Notes under the pieces: generated by a model
Database searches by the model: none
The model's input: only the letters and a program-made list of their open reading frames with translations
What the model was told of the DNA's origin: nothing
Shown: piece after piece, positions 1 to 10,231 of the stretch
Layout: each line of letters starts with the position of its first letter
How positions within the stretch are numbered: position 1 is the first letter of the stretch
Origin: Hyphomonadaceae bacterium
Lineage (GTDB): Bacteria; Pseudomonadota; Alphaproteobacteria; Caulobacterales; Aquidulcibacteraceae
Length of the DNA: 64,000 nucleotides
Direction of reading: 5' to 3'
Assembly (NCBI GenBank): GCA_033764855.1
Contig: JANRIP010000005.1
Location: 102,240 to 166,239, forward strand
Translations under genes and position numbers: made by a program

Positions 1-62
1 GCGTGTCTCCTGGCCGCGTACCAAGAACGCCGCGCGAGTCTGAAACCGCGCGGCGTCTAGGC

Positions 63-2060
63 TCATGCAGCGTTGGAGTGCTGCGCCTTCTTGGCGGCCT
101 CCTCCGCACGGCGGCCGGTAAGCTCAACCATGTGGTCGAACTCGGCTTCGAAGGTGGCGAGGCCCTGCGTGAGCGAGCGCAATTCGATGATGAAATTCTG
201 CCGCTCGCTATGCGGCAGATACACGTCGACGCGATCCCAGCCGGGCCAGCCTTCGCGGCTTTCAAAGCCGAGGATTTGACCATTATGCGCGGACACAGCC
301 GAGTTGATTTTCGGCGTGCCCCAGCTTGGCGTGTAGATGGAGAGCTTCTCGATCGGCTCAAGCACGACCGGCTCGCACTCCGCCAAAGCTTCGCTCATGC
401 CGAGGCGGCCGGCCATCTGGAACGCGTGCTCGGAAGAATCGACGCTATGGAAAGAGCCGTCGATCAAGGTCACCGATACATCTACAACGGGAAAGCCGAT
501 CGGGCCTTTGCTCATGGCGTCCTGCACGCCGGCTTCGACGGCGGGAATCCATTGGCGCGGTATGGCGCCGCCGGTGATCTTGTCGACGAACTGAAAGCCC
601 TCGCCGCGCGGCAGCGGCTTCACCTGGATCACGCAATCGCCGAACTGGCCGTGACCGCCGGTCTGCTTCTTGTGCCGACCGCGCTTTTCCGCGTTGCGGC
701 GAATGGTTTCCTGGTAGGGCGTCGACGGGCGCGCGGTGGAGACGTCCACGCCGAAGCGGGATTTGAGCCGATCGATCACGGTGCGCAGGTGCGGATCGCC
801 TTGGCCCTGCAGCAGGATTTCATGCGTGACCTGATCATGCTTCACCTCAAGGCCGGGATCCTCCTCCACCAGCTTTTGCAGCGCGCCGGAGAGACGCACA
901 TCGTCTTTGCGATCCTTGGTGGCGATGGCGAGTTGGAAAACCGGGTAGCGCTTCTTGAAGCTCAGCTTGATTTTCTGCTGACCGTTGCGTGACAGCACAT
1001 CGCCCGCCGCGACGGGATCGAGCTTGCCGATGGCGATGACATCGCCTTTGGGTGCGCTGGAAATTTTCTTAGTCTGCCCATTATTGACGGCGAACAAGGC
1101 GCCGGGGCGCTGGCTTGAGCCATCGCTCAGCGTAAGCTGATCGCTATCCTGCAATGGGCCGCCAAACACGCGGGCGTAAGCCAGCTTGCCGGCCTGGCCG
1201 GCGTGCGAAATCTTCATCACATAGGCGCCGGGGCCGGCGAGGCCGAGGCGCTCGGCGGCGTATTGCGGCGCGGGCGTATCGTGGCGCAGCGCCTTCAACA
1301 GACGGCGCACGCCATGGCCTTGCGCGGTTGAGCCGAAAAACACTGGCGTGATCAAACATTCGCGCGCTTCGCGCACCAGATCGCGATAGACCAGATCGCG
1401 GTCCGGCGTTGTGTCGGAGAGCAATTGCTCCATCAGCGCATCGTCGAAATCGGCCAGCTGTTCGAGCATGTGGAAGCGCGCTTCGGTTTCGCGCTCGGCC
1501 AACTCGGCCGGAATGTCGATCACCTGCGAAGGCTTGCCCTGCTGATAGAGGAACGCGCGCTCCAGCGCGAGATCGACATAACCGGCGACCTTCTCCTCTT
1601 TCCAGATTGGAATCTGCCGCGCGACAAGCGGCAAGGCGCTGACAGGCTGCAGCATCTCCAAGAGATCGCGCACGCGCCCGCGCGCCTGATCAATCTTGTT
1701 GATGAAAAGGAGATGCGGAATTTTCATCTCTTCCAGCGCGTGCAGGCACGGCTGAATCAGAATGGCTTTATCAGGATCGGGATCGGCGACAACGATGGCG
1801 AGATCGACGGCGGGCGTTGCAAAGTCAGCGTCAGCGACGAAATCGACGGCGCCGGGCGTATCGATCATTGCGTAATGGTCACCCATGAAATCGATCGCCG
1901 TGATTTGCACTTCGGTGGACTGGCCCGCCGCGGCCGAGGCTGTGCCCGGACCGCCCGAGGCGGCTGACGCCAGGGCCTGAATCAACGCCGTCTTGCCCGC
2001 CCCGGTCGGACCGACGACGGCGACTGCCCTCACCACATTTGCCGATTTACTGCCAGGCAT
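63..2060 (-). CDS. EF-G-like translational GTPase (elongation factor G paralog)
   Basis: ORF 63..2531 trimmed to the ATG at 2058-2060 (MPGSKSANVV...) because the longer N-terminus runs into the pirin gene. G motifs GPTGAGKT, DTPG, NKID, then EF-G domain II-V-like sequence. Confidence 0.8.
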   Translation of the reverse strand: MPGSKSANVVRAVAVVGPTGAGKTALIQALASAASGGPGTASAAAGQSTEVQITAIDFMGDHYAMIDTPGAVDFVADADFATPAVDLAIVVADPDPDKAILIQPCLHALEEMKIPHLLFINKIDQARGRVRDLLEMLQPVSALPLVARQIPIWKEEKVAGYVDLALERAFLYQQGKPSQVIDIPAELAERETEARFHMLEQLADFDDALMEQLLSDTTPDRDLVYRDLVREARECLITPVFFGSTAQGHGVRRLLKALRHDTPAPQYAAERLGLAGPGAYVMKISHAGQAGKLAYARVFGGPLQDSDQLTLSDGSSQRPGALFAVNNGQTKKISSAPKGDVIAIGKLDPVAAGDVLSRNGQQKIKLSFKKRYPVFQLAIATKDRKDDVRLSGALQKLVEEDPGLEVKHDQVTHEILLQGQGDPHLRTVIDRLKSRFGVDVSTARPSTPYQETIRRNAEKRGRHKKQTGGHGQFGDCVIQVKPLPRGEGFQFVDKITGGAIPRQWIPAVEAGVQDAMSKGPIGFPVVDVSVTLIDGSFHSVDSSEHAFQMAGRLGMSEALAECEPVVLEPIEKLSIYTPSWGTPKINSAVSAHNGQILGFESREGWPGWDRVDVYLPHSERQNFIIELRSLTQGLATFEAEFDHMVELTGRRAEEAAKKAQHSNAA

Positions 2061-2238
2061 GAGCGCATCTCCATTGTTCCCCGTTTCGGGGCTGGGCGGC
2101 GCGCTTCGCCATGCTTCGTCGGCGGCCGGCGCCGCTTCTGGCTTGTCACGGGTCTCGCACTGCGCGAGCCGGAAGATCACTCTTTCACGACATTGAACGT
2201 CTCGCAAGCGAAGCGAGATGCGCTGCTGTTTACGATGT

Positions 2239-3159
2239 TCACCGCTCCGGCAGTGGGATGAACTCTTTGTCGTCGCCCGGCACGAGGCCGAAGCGGCCAG
2301 TCTTCCAGTCTTCCTTGGCTTGCTCGATCCGCTCTTTGCGCGAGGACACGAAATTCCACCATAAATGGCGCGGGCCGAGATTGGCGCCGCCGAGCAACAG
2401 GAAACGCGCGCTCGTGCGCGCGCGAATGGTGATGGGATCGCCGGAGCGTAGCACCAGCAATTTGCCGGGACCGAACACGTCACCGGCAATTTCGATCTCG
2501 CCGCCGACCGTATAGACGGCGCGCTCTTCATGATCGGCGTCGAGCGGCAAGGCTGCGCCCGGCTCCAAATCGGCGCCAGCGTAGAAGATTTCCGAGAAGG
2601 TTTTGACCGGCGAGGTCAAGCCATAGAGCGAGCCAGCGATTACGCGCACATGCTTGCCGCCTTCATTGAGCGCAGGGAGCGCCGCAACATCGTGATGGGC
2701 GAAGAAGGGCGCGCTTTCTTCATGCGCTTCCGGCAGCGCGATCCAGGATTGGATGCCGCTGATCGGCGAGCCGCTCGCGCGCAGTTCTGCCGCAGTGCGT
2801 TCAGAATGCGCGATGCCGCGCCCCGCATTCATCCAATTCACATCGCCAGGCCGGATCGCCTGCGCGGAACCCAGCGTGTCGCGGTGAAAAATCTCTCCGT
2901 CGAACAAATAGGTGATGGTGGCGAGACCAATGTGCGGATGCGGGCGCACATCCAGGCCCTTGCCCGCCTCAAACCGCGCGGGGCCAAATTCATCCCAGAA
3001 GATGAACGGACCCACCATGCGCTTTTCGATCGCCGGCAGGGCGCGGCGCACCATGAAATTATCGCCTAAATCGCGCGGTTTGGGTTCAATCGTCACCATC
3101 ACCTTGCCGTGTTCCGGCAAGGCGTCGGACAGCTGTTCATCGCCTGGTCGCATGGTCAT
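2239..3159 (-). CDS. pirin family protein
   Basis: 306-aa ORF with pirin-like bicupin sequence (RDLGDNFMVRRALP, VGPFIFWDEFGP, HPHIGLATITY). Confidence 0.85.
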   Translation of the reverse strand: MTMRPGDEQLSDALPEHGKVMVTIEPKPRDLGDNFMVRRALPAIEKRMVGPFIFWDEFGPARFEAGKGLDVRPHPHIGLATITYLFDGEIFHRDTLGSAQAIRPGDVNWMNAGRGIAHSERTAAELRASGSPISGIQSWIALPEAHEESAPFFAHHDVAALPALNEGGKHVRVIAGSLYGLTSPVKTFSEIFYAGADLEPGAALPLDADHEERAVYTVGGEIEIAGDVFGPGKLLVLRSGDPITIRARTSARFLLLGGANLGPRHLWWNFVSSRKERIEQAKEDWKTGRFGLVPGDDKEFIPLPER

Positions 3160-3310
3160 ACAGCCATTCTAACATGCATGGCTCGCCCGTCACGCCTACG
3201 CTTTTGCGGGCTTCCCAAGCCTTACGGAAAGGGTAAAACGACGACGCGCGCGGGTGCGTCCCGCGGCCCACGGCGCTGCTTATGCGCCCAATCAAAAATT
3301 GGAGATTTGA

Positions 3311-3556
3311 ATGAGAATCGCTCTTGCCCTCGCGGCCGCACTGGCGTTTGGCCTCGCCGCCTGCAGCCAAGCGGACCAGACCGAAGCTGAAACCAATGCC
3401 GACGCCGCGGCCACCGAAGTCGGCGCCGCCATGGAAAGTGCTGGCGACGCCATCGGCGACGCCGCCAACGAAGCCGGCGAAGCGGTTGAAGGCGCCGTCA
3501 ACGACGCCGCCACTGAAGTCGAGCACGCGACCGACGACAACGAAGCGACCCAGTAA
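3311..3556 (+). CDS. small acidic lipoprotein (hypothetical)
   Basis: 81-aa ORF. Signal peptide with lipobox LAAC, Ala/Glu/Asp-rich mature part, strong terminator right after it. Confidence 0.6.
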   Translation: MRIALALAAALAFGLAACSQADQTEAETNADAAATEVGAAMESAGDAIGDAANEAGEAVEGAVNDAATEVEHATDDNEATQ

Positions 3557-3580
3557 ACGCTTCAACTGCAGACATGAAAT

Positions 3581-3613
3581 GGGCGGCGCTGATCAGGCGC
3601 CGCCCGTTTTATT
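3581..3613 (+). terminator. rho-independent terminator
   Basis: GC stem gggcggcgc / gcgccgccc with a 7-nt loop followed by gttttattt. Lies between convergent genes. Confidence 0.6.
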
Positions 3614-3628
3614 TGACGCTACGCCGCT

Positions 3629-4096
3629 TCAGTTGCGATCCACACGGCACTGGAAGCAGCCATATTTGGAGCGAATGTGAATGTACGCGACGCGCGGATC
3701 CTCGAGGATCGACTCGCATGTCGCGGCCAGCTCTGCTCCTGGCACGATCTGGCCGGTCTCGTAGAGAATCCAATCCGCATTGTCATAACCACGGATCGCC
3801 GCCGGATTGAGAAACGCGAACCAAGGCGGCAGCGCATCGCTGTCATAGTGCGTGCACGCGGCTTGATGCAGAAATATGGGACCCGTTTCCGCATAAGGCT
3901 GAGCCTCGCCGGCAAAGGGCCGATGCGCGAGCACGAGCTTAGGCTCGCCATTGGCGATCAAACCCAAACAATGCCGGCACGGATTGGCGCCGCCTTCGGC
4001 GAGGCGCACAAGCGGTTTCTGGCCATGCGCATCAGCGCCGCCGTGGCGTAAATGCTCGAACAGATCAGTGGCGATGCCACTCACCCTAAAACTCAT
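3629..4096 (-). CDS. DUF1203 family protein
   Basis: 155-aa ORF resembling DUF1203 proteins (MSFRVSG..., NPCRHCL, PYAETGPIFLH). Confidence 0.7.
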   Translation of the reverse strand: MSFRVSGIATDLFEHLRHGGADAHGQKPLVRLAEGGANPCRHCLGLIANGEPKLVLAHRPFAGEAQPYAETGPIFLHQAACTHYDSDALPPWFAFLNPAAIRGYDNADWILYETGQIVPGAELAATCESILEDPRVAYIHIRSKYGCFQCRVDRN

Positions 4097-4171
4097 GCCG
4101 CTCTCTCGCTTCCGTCGGCGAGAGAGTGGCAGGTGAAGATGCGTGGCGCTGGCCGCTTTCGGACGCGCTGT

Positions 4172-6766
4172 TTACGCGGCTTTCTTATCGCTTGCGCCGT
4201 TGAACAGGAAGTCGTTGCCGTCAAAGCTGACGTTGACGCGATCGCCGTCCTTGATGGCGCCTTCCAGGATTTGCCGCGCCAGCGGGTCCTGCACGTCCTT
4301 CTGGATCACGCGCTTCAGCGGCCGCGCGCCCCAGGCGGGATCGTAACCCCGTTTAGCCAGCTCCGCTTTCGCGCGCGCATCGAGCTCCATGCTGATATTG
4401 CGCGCCGCCAAGAGCCGATCGAGCCGCTTCAGCTGGATCTCGACGATCGCGCCCATCTGCGCTTTTTCGAGCCGCTTGAACAGAATGATCTCATCGACGC
4501 GGTTGAGGAATTCCGGGCGGAAGCGCGCGCGCAATTCGCTCATCACGCCATCGCGCGCATCTTCGACATCGGCGCCATCGGGCAGCTCCGCCATATATTG
4601 CGCGCCGGCGTTCGAGGTCATGATCAGAATGGTGTTCTTGAAGTCGACAGTGCGGCCTTGGCCGTCCGTTAGGCGGCCATCGTCCAGCACTTGCAGGAGG
4701 ACGTTGAACACGTCCGGATGCGCTTTCTCGATTTCATCGAACAGCACGACTTGATAGGGGCGGCGCCGCACGGCTTCGGTGAGTGCGCCGCCTTCTTCAT
4801 AGCCGACATAGCCCGGTGGCGCGCCGATCAGACGCGCAACCGAATGCTTCTCCATATATTCGGACATGTCGATGCGCGTCAGCGCATGCTCATCGTCGAA
4901 CAGGAATTCGGCGAGCGCTTTGGTGAGCTCGGTTTTGCCAACGCCGGTTGGGCCCAAGAACATGAACGAGCCGATCGGCCGGTTGGGGTCCTGCAGACCT
5001 GCGCGCGCGCGGCGCACGGCGTCAGAGACAGCGCGCAGCGCCGGCTCTTGGCCGATGACGCGGCCGCGCAGCGACTCCTCCATCGCCAACAGCTTGGCCC
5101 TCTCGCCCTCCAGCATTTTCTCGACCGGCACGCCGGTCCAGCGCGAGACCACGCCGGCAATGGCTTCGGCGTCGACCACTTCTTTCACCAGCCCGCCCGC
5201 ATTGCCGCCGCCTTTCTCAGCGTCGGCGATTTGCTTTTCCAATTGCGGGATGCGGCCATATTTCAGCTCGGACGCGCGGGCGAGATCGCCGCGACGCACG
5301 GCGTTTTCATACTCGGTCTGCAGCCGCTCCAGCTCTTCCTTGGATTTGGAGGTGACTTGCAGTTTCTGCTTTTCGGCCGACCACGCCGCCGTGAGTTCCG
5401 CCGAACGCGTTTCCAGCTGTTTGATTTCGGCTTCGAGCTTGCCGAGCCGATCTTTCGAGGCCGGGTCTTTTTCCTTCTTGAGCGCTTCCAGCTCGATTTT
5501 GAGCTGCAGCATGCGGCGGTCGATCTCATCCAGCTCTTCCGGCTTGGAATCGACCTGCATGCGCAGACGCGAAGCGGCTTCATCCATCAGGTCGATGGCT
5601 TTATCCGGCAGGAAGCGATCGGTGATGTAGCGATGCGAAAGCTGCGCGGCGGCGACGATGGCGGCGTCGGAAATGCGCACGCCATGATGCTGCTCGTAAC
5701 GGTCCTTCAGCCCGCGCAGGATGGAGATGGTATCCTCCACCGTCGGCTCATCGACGAACACGGGCTGGAAGCGCCGCGCCAAAGCCGCGTCCTTCTCCAC
5801 ATGCTTACGATATTCATCGAGCGTGGTGGCGCCGACGCAATGCAGCTCGCCGCGCGCCAGCGCCGGCTTTAACAGGTTGGACGCATCCATCGCGCCATCG
5901 GCTTTACCGGCGCCGACCAAAGTGTGCATTTCATCGATGAAGAGAATGATGCCGCCTTCGGCCGCAGTGACTTCGTTCAGCACCGCCTTCAAGCGCTCTT
6001 CGAATTCGCCGCGGAATTTGGCGCCGGCGATCAGCGCGCCCATATCGAGAGCGAGCAGCTTTTTGTGCTTCAAGCTCTCGGGCACATCGCCATTGATGAT
6101 GCGCAAGGCGAGGCCCTCGGCGATGGCGGTTTTGCCGACGCCGGGTTCGCCGATCAGCACCGGATTATTCTTGGTGCGGCGCGAGAGCACTTGAATGGTG
6201 CGGCGGATTTCTTCGTCGCGGCCAATCACCGGATCCAGCTTGCCCTTGCGCGCATCTTCGGTGAGATCGCGAGCATACTTCTTCAGCGCTTCATATTGAT
6301 CTTCGGCGCTGGCGCTCTGCGCGGTGCGGCCCTTGCGCAATTCAGTGATGGCTTGTTCGAGCTTTTGCGGGGTAAGGCCGGCTTTCTTGAGAATGTCCGC
6401 GGCGGGCCCGGGCGTGATGGCGAGGCCGAACAGCAGACGCTCGGCGGTGACGTAGGAATCACCAGCCTTGGTCGCGGCCTGCTCGGCGGCGTCGAGGGCG
6501 CGGGAGAAAGAGTTGGAGGCGTACATGCGGTCGTTGCCGCCCTGCACTTTGGGCAGCGCCTGCACGGACTTGTCCGCCTCATCGGCGGCCTGACGCGCAT
6601 TGGCGCCGGCATTGGTGATGAGGCTCGCCGCGAGACCCTCGCGGTCATCCAGCAGCGCCTTTAAAAGATGCTGGGTTTCGAGTTGTTGGTTTTGTTCGCG
6701 CAAAGCGATGGTTTGCGCAGCTTGCACGAATCCACGCGCACGCTCGGTGAGCTTTTCCATATCCAT
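4172..6766 (-). CDS. clpB: ATP-dependent chaperone ClpB
   Basis: Two AAA+ modules (Walker A GEPGVGKT and GPTGVGKT) with a long coiled-coil middle domain. Start moved to [13 protein letters not shown] (ATG 6764-6766), with GAGGG 7 nt upstream. Confidence 0.95.
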   Translation of the reverse strand: MDMEKLTERARGFVQAAQTIALREQNQQLETQHLLKALLDDREGLAASLITNAGANARQAADEADKSVQALPKVQGGNDRMYASNSFSRALDAAEQAATKAGDSYVTAERLLFGLAITPGPAADILKKAGLTPQKLEQAITELRKGRTAQSASAEDQYEALKKYARDLTEDARKGKLDPVIGRDEEIRRTIQVLSRRTKNNPVLIGEPGVGKTAIAEGLALRIINGDVPESLKHKKLLALDMGALIAGAKFRGEFEERLKAVLNEVTAAEGGIILFIDEMHTLVGAGKADGAMDASNLLKPALARGELHCVGATTLDEYRKHVEKDAALARRFQPVFVDEPTVEDTISILRGLKDRYEQHHGVRISDAAIVAAAQLSHRYITDRFLPDKAIDLMDEAASRLRMQVDSKPEELDEIDRRMLQLKIELEALKKEKDPASKDRLGKLEAEIKQLETRSAELTAAWSAEKQKLQVTSKSKEELERLQTEYENAVRRGDLARASELKYGRIPQLEKQIADAEKGGGNAGGLVKEVVDAEAIAGVVSRWTGVPVEKMLEGERAKLLAMEESLRGRVIGQEPALRAVSDAVRRARAGLQDPNRPIGSFMFLGPTGVGKTELTKALAEFLFDDEHALTRIDMSEYMEKHSVARLIGAPPGYVGYEEGGALTEAVRRRPYQVVLFDEIEKAHPDVFNVLLQVLDDGRLTDGQGRTVDFKNTILIMTSNAGAQYMAELPDGADVEDARDGVMSELRARFRPEFLNRVDEIILFKRLEKAQMGAIVEIQLKRLDRLLAARNISMELDARAKAELAKRGYDPAWGARPLKRVIQKDVQDPLARQILEGAIKDGDRVNVSFDGNDFLFNGASDKKAA

Positions 6767-6890
6767 GACGGACCCTCTAAGGCGTCCTGCCCCGACCTCC
6801 ATTGTGGCCGATCAGGGCAGCATGTAGATGGCCAAGACCTAGGTGTGGCAACAGGGCCACACAAGGGTTCGCGGCCACAAAAATTATGGC

Positions 6891-7733
6891 CTAGTGCGCC
6901 ATCAGCAGCGGCAACGTTGACGTACGCAGCAGGTCGCGTGTGGCGCCGCCAAACACCAGTTCGCGCAGGCGCGAATGGGCGTAGCCGCCCATCACCACGA
7001 CATCCGCGCCAAGCGCTTCCGCCTGTTCGAGAATTGCGGCTGAAGCGGAGCGTCCCATACTGTCGACGTTGCTCACCTCGGCCTTGCCGCCGCGCCGCGT
7101 CAGGTGCGCGGCAATGTTGGCGCCCGGCATTTCGCCATGGCCGAACATTTTCGGCTTGGCGTCCACGGTTATGACGGTGACCTGCTCGGCGCGCTCAAAC
7201 AGCGCGTCAGCTTCGGAGAGCGCGCGCGTGGCTTCGCGGCTGGCGTCCCACGCGACGGCGATGCGCTTGCCAATGCTGCCGCCTTTCCATCCCGGGGGCG
7301 CGATGAGCGCCGGGCGGCCGGAGTGAAACAAGACGCCTTCGATCAGCTCTTCGCGGAGATCGCCGCCTATGCCCTCGACCGGGCGGGTCATCACCGCAAT
7401 ATCGGCGTAGCGCGCATGGACGGCGGCGACGCGGCCCAAATCGCGCGAGAGCGCTTCGGCCGTGATCAGTTCGCAAGGCTGCGTCATGGCTTCGAGCCGC
7501 TTGGCCACCTTCTTGCGCTCCACCTCCGCTTCGGCGCGGGCGCGGCCGAGCAGTTCAGCCCAGACCCCAGCTACGACGGTGGGCTCATACGCCAAAGGTT
7601 CATCCGGCAGCGGCGTCAGGAAGGCGGCGCTTAGGTGGGCTTTGCAATCGCGCGCCACCGCTTCCGCCAGCGCCAGCGCCGGCTCATCCGCCTCGGCTTC
7701 GGCGACGATGGCGAGAATATCTTTCCAGCTCAT
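6891..7733 (-). CDS. universal stress protein (tandem USP domains)
   Basis: 280-aa ORF with two UspA-like halves. C-terminal motif VVMGGYAHSRLRELVFGGATRDLL. Confidence 0.8.
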   Translation of the reverse strand: MSWKDILAIVAEAEADEPALALAEAVARDCKAHLSAAFLTPLPDEPLAYEPTVVAGVWAELLGRARAEAEVERKKVAKRLEAMTQPCELITAEALSRDLGRVAAVHARYADIAVMTRPVEGIGGDLREELIEGVLFHSGRPALIAPPGWKGGSIGKRIAVAWDASREATRALSEADALFERAEQVTVITVDAKPKMFGHGEMPGANIAAHLTRRGGKAEVSNVDSMGRSASAAILEQAEALGADVVVMGGYAHSRLRELVFGGATRDLLRTSTLPLLMAH

Positions 7734-7863
7734 GGGACGCGCCTCGCGTTTTCCTCGATCACCGGGCCTTTAGCACAATTGATAGCGCCGCGCCGCCTGT
7801 TCCTGCTTGCGCCGGATCAAACTGGCGCCTGACAAGCCTCGCCCAGGAGCTTAGAACGCGCTC

Positions 7864-9306
7864 ATGAGCAATCCGATCCGTACTGACGCCTACATTAACG
7901 GCGAGTGGCGCAGCGCAACAAAGCGCTTCGACGTGCTGAATCCCGCCAACCAGAGCGTGATCGCGCAGGTTCCCGATCTCGGCGCGGAAGATGCTGAGAA
8001 CGCTGTCGCCAGCGCACATGCGGCGTTTCCGGCTTGGGCGGCGAAATCGGCCAAGGAGCGCGCCGCGATCATGCGCGCCTGGTACGATTTGATGATGGCC
8101 GAGATTGATCGGCTGGCGCAGCTGATCACCATGGAAGGCGGCAAGCCGCTGGCCGAAGCCAAGGGCGAAGCGGCTTATGGCGCGGCCTTCATCGAATGGT
8201 TTGGCGAAGAAGCGAAGCGCGCTTATGGGCGCTCCATCCCCACCACGACGGCGAGCCGGCGTTACGTCACCATCAAGCAGCCGATTGGCGTGTGCGTGGC
8301 GATCACGCCTTGGAATTTTCCAATGGCGATGATCACGCGCAAGGCCGGCCCGGCCATTGCGGCGGGCAACACCATCGTGCTGAAGCCGCCGCAGCAGACC
8401 CCGCTCACCGCGCTGGCGCTTGCCGAGCTGGCGGAAAGGGCCGGCGTGCCGAAAGGCGTGTTCAATGTTGTGACCACGACCGACGCCCGCTCTGTCGGCA
8501 AAGTGTTTTGCGAGAGCCCGCTGGTGCGCAAGTTTTCTTTCACCGGCTCCACTGATGTCGGCAAGATGCTGGGCGGGGCGTGCGTGGCGGCGAATGTGAA
8601 ACGGGTTTCACTGGAGTTGGGCGGCAATGCGCCGCTGCTCGTGTTCGCCGACGCTGATATTGATAAAGCGGTGGCGGGCGCGATCGCGTCCAAATTCCGC
8701 AATGCCGGCCAGACTTGCGTGTGCGCCAACCGCATCCTGGTGGAAGACGCGATCTACGATGAATTCGCGCGCAAGATGACCGACGCCGTGGCGAAGATGA
8801 AAGTCGGCCCTGGCGATAAGGAAGGCGTCGTGGTTGGCCCGCTGATTGACGCGAAAGCGATCGAAAAGGTCGAGCGCATGGTGGGCGAAGCTTTAGCCAG
8901 CGGCGCTGTCGCGCTCACGGGCGGGCAGAAGCACCCCGCCGGCGCGCAATTCTACACCCCCACCGTGCTCGCCAATGTCACGCGCGACATGCGCGTGAAC
9001 ACGGAGGAGATTTTCGGACCGGTGGCGCCTTTGATCCGCTTCAAGACGGAGGATGAAGCCATTGCCATCGCCAATGACACGCCGTTTGGCCTTGCGGCTT
9101 ATTTCTTCACCGCCGACATCAACCGCGCCTGGCGCGTCGCCGAACGCATCGAGGCCGGCATGGTTTCCATCAATGACGGCATCTTCTCCAACGAAGTCAT
9201 TCCCTTTGGCGGCATCAAGGAAAGCGGCCTCGGGCGCGAAGGCGGCGTTGAAGGGTTGGAGGAGTACCTAGAAACCAAGTTCATCAATTTTGGCGGCTTC
9301 GCGTGA
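7864..9306 (+). CDS. gabD: NAD(P)-dependent succinate-semialdehyde dehydrogenase
   Basis: Aldehyde dehydrogenase motifs ELGGNAP and catalytic GQTCVCANR. N-terminus typical of GabD (YINGEW...). Confidence 0.9.
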   Translation: MSNPIRTDAYINGEWRSATKRFDVLNPANQSVIAQVPDLGAEDAENAVASAHAAFPAWAAKSAKERAAIMRAWYDLMMAEIDRLAQLITMEGGKPLAEAKGEAAYGAAFIEWFGEEAKRAYGRSIPTTTASRRYVTIKQPIGVCVAITPWNFPMAMITRKAGPAIAAGNTIVLKPPQQTPLTALALAELAERAGVPKGVFNVVTTTDARSVGKVFCESPLVRKFSFTGSTDVGKMLGGACVAANVKRVSLELGGNAPLLVFADADIDKAVAGAIASKFRNAGQTCVCANRILVEDAIYDEFARKMTDAVAKMKVGPGDKEGVVVGPLIDAKAIEKVERMVGEALASGAVALTGGQKHPAGAQFYTPTVLANVTRDMRVNTEEIFGPVAPLIRFKTEDEAIAIANDTPFGLAAYFFTADINRAWRVAERIEAGMVSINDGIFSNEVIPFGGIKESGLGREGGVEGLEEYLETKFINFGGFA

Positions 9307-9563
9307 AGGCTAGCCCTTCACTTCAAGGCGCTTTCTGGTCGCTTGGCCTTGTGCTCGGCGGTGTCTTACTCACGCCCGCCCTGCTTCTGGCTTGGATTTA
9401 CATATCGCCCGATACAGTCGCCATGACCGTGATTGTAGGCGACGGCGGTCTTTGGGTGACGCTCTTCCCCTACGTCGCCGCGACACTCGCCGGCGTTTGT
9501 TTAGTTTGGCTTTCAATTTTGCGCCTTACACGGCTGACTAAACGGACCAACGCAGGCGCCTAG
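9303..9563 (+). CDS. small membrane protein (hypothetical)
   Basis: 86-aa ORF with 2-3 hydrophobic helices. GTG start overlaps the gabD stop and its stop overlaps the next start. Confidence 0.4.
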   Translation: MKASPSLQGAFWSLGLVLGGVLLTPALLLAWIYISPDTVAMTVIVGDGGLWVTLFPYVAATLAGVCLVWLSILRLTRLTKRTNAGA

Positions 9564-9814
9564 TGAGCCCGGGCTTCGTCTACATCCTAGGCAGTGTGCG
9601 CGGGGCGGATCGGCGCACTTATGTCGGCTGGTGTTTGGACCTTGAGCAGCGGCTCGCCAAGCACAATGCGGGGCTTGGGGCGCGCTCCACACGCGGGCGG
9701 CGCTGGACTTTGCTCTATGCCGAGCGCTACGCCACGCGCAATGAAGCGATGAGCCGCGAAGTTTCCTTGAAGCGGGACCGCAAATTTCGCGCTATGCTGG
9801 CGGCGCTGCTTTAG
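9563..9814 (+). CDS. GIY-YIG nuclease family protein (UPF0213/YhbQ-like)
   Basis: 83 aa with GFVYILGS...TYVGW...RLAKHN...E..LK. No flanking palindromic repeats, unlike the other two GIY-YIG genes. Confidence 0.75.
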   Translation: MSPGFVYILGSVRGADRRTYVGWCLDLEQRLAKHNAGLGARSTRGRRWTLLYAERYATRNEAMSREVSLKRDRKFRAMLAALL

Positions 9815-9823
9815 GGGGAAACC

Positions 9824-10228
9824 ATGGACGACGCTTTCGTCGCGCTCGCGCTCTATACGGGCTTGTCAGCGCTGATGTTGCTGGTATTGACGCTGAATGT
9901 GAGCCTCAATCGCGGCAAGCACCGCACGGTCCAGCCGGGGCAGATGGGCGAAGGCGCCGTCGTCCGCGCCATCCGCGCCCACGCCAATTTCACCGAATAT
10001 GCGCCGCTCGTGCTGCTGATGCTCGGCGTTCTGGCGCTGAACCGCACGGCGGCGCTGCCGATCCATATTCTGGGCGCAGCTTTCCTGGTCGGTCGCGTGC
10101 TGCATGCGCTTGGCATGCTGCAGCCCAAGCATCCGAACGCCGCGCGCGTGCTCGGCGCATTCATTACGGTGCTGGTGTTGCTGGCCGGCGGGATATTATG
10201 CCTGATGCGATTCTATGAGGCGCTTTGA
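9824..10228 (+). CDS. MAPEG family membrane protein
   Basis: 134 aa, 3-4 TM helices, motif RAHANFTEYAPL typical of MAPEG/YecN proteins. Confidence 0.8.
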   Translation: MDDAFVALALYTGLSALMLLVLTLNVSLNRGKHRTVQPGQMGEGAVVRAIRAHANFTEYAPLVLLMLGVLALNRTAALPIHILGAAFLVGRVLHALGMLQPKHPNAARVLGAFITVLVLLAGGILCLMRFYEAL

Positions 10229-10231
10229 GTC

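Noticed and set aside
3-992. 329-aa plus-strand ORF at the window start
   Set aside because: It lies antisense to the well-supported EF-G-like gene. The sequence has low-complexity Ala/Arg/Leu composition typical of antisense frames in high-GC DNA.
4691-6664. Long plus-strand ORFs (393, 254, 246 aa) inside the clpB region
   Set aside because: They are antisense to clpB, Arg/Ala/Ser-rich with no motifs. This is the classic high-GC shadow ORF pattern. The same reasoning applies to 20466..21209, 27001..27918, 37779..39314, 46694..47509 and 59958..61286.
6767-6890. Possible sigma-32 heat-shock promoter and hairpins upstream of clpB
   Set aside because: Minus-strand strings such as cccttgtg-N13-acacctag and tcttggcc-N12-ccctgatc only partly match the CTTGAA/CCCCATNT-type consensus. 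I cannot distinguish them from chance without a position-weight scan or a mapped 5' end.
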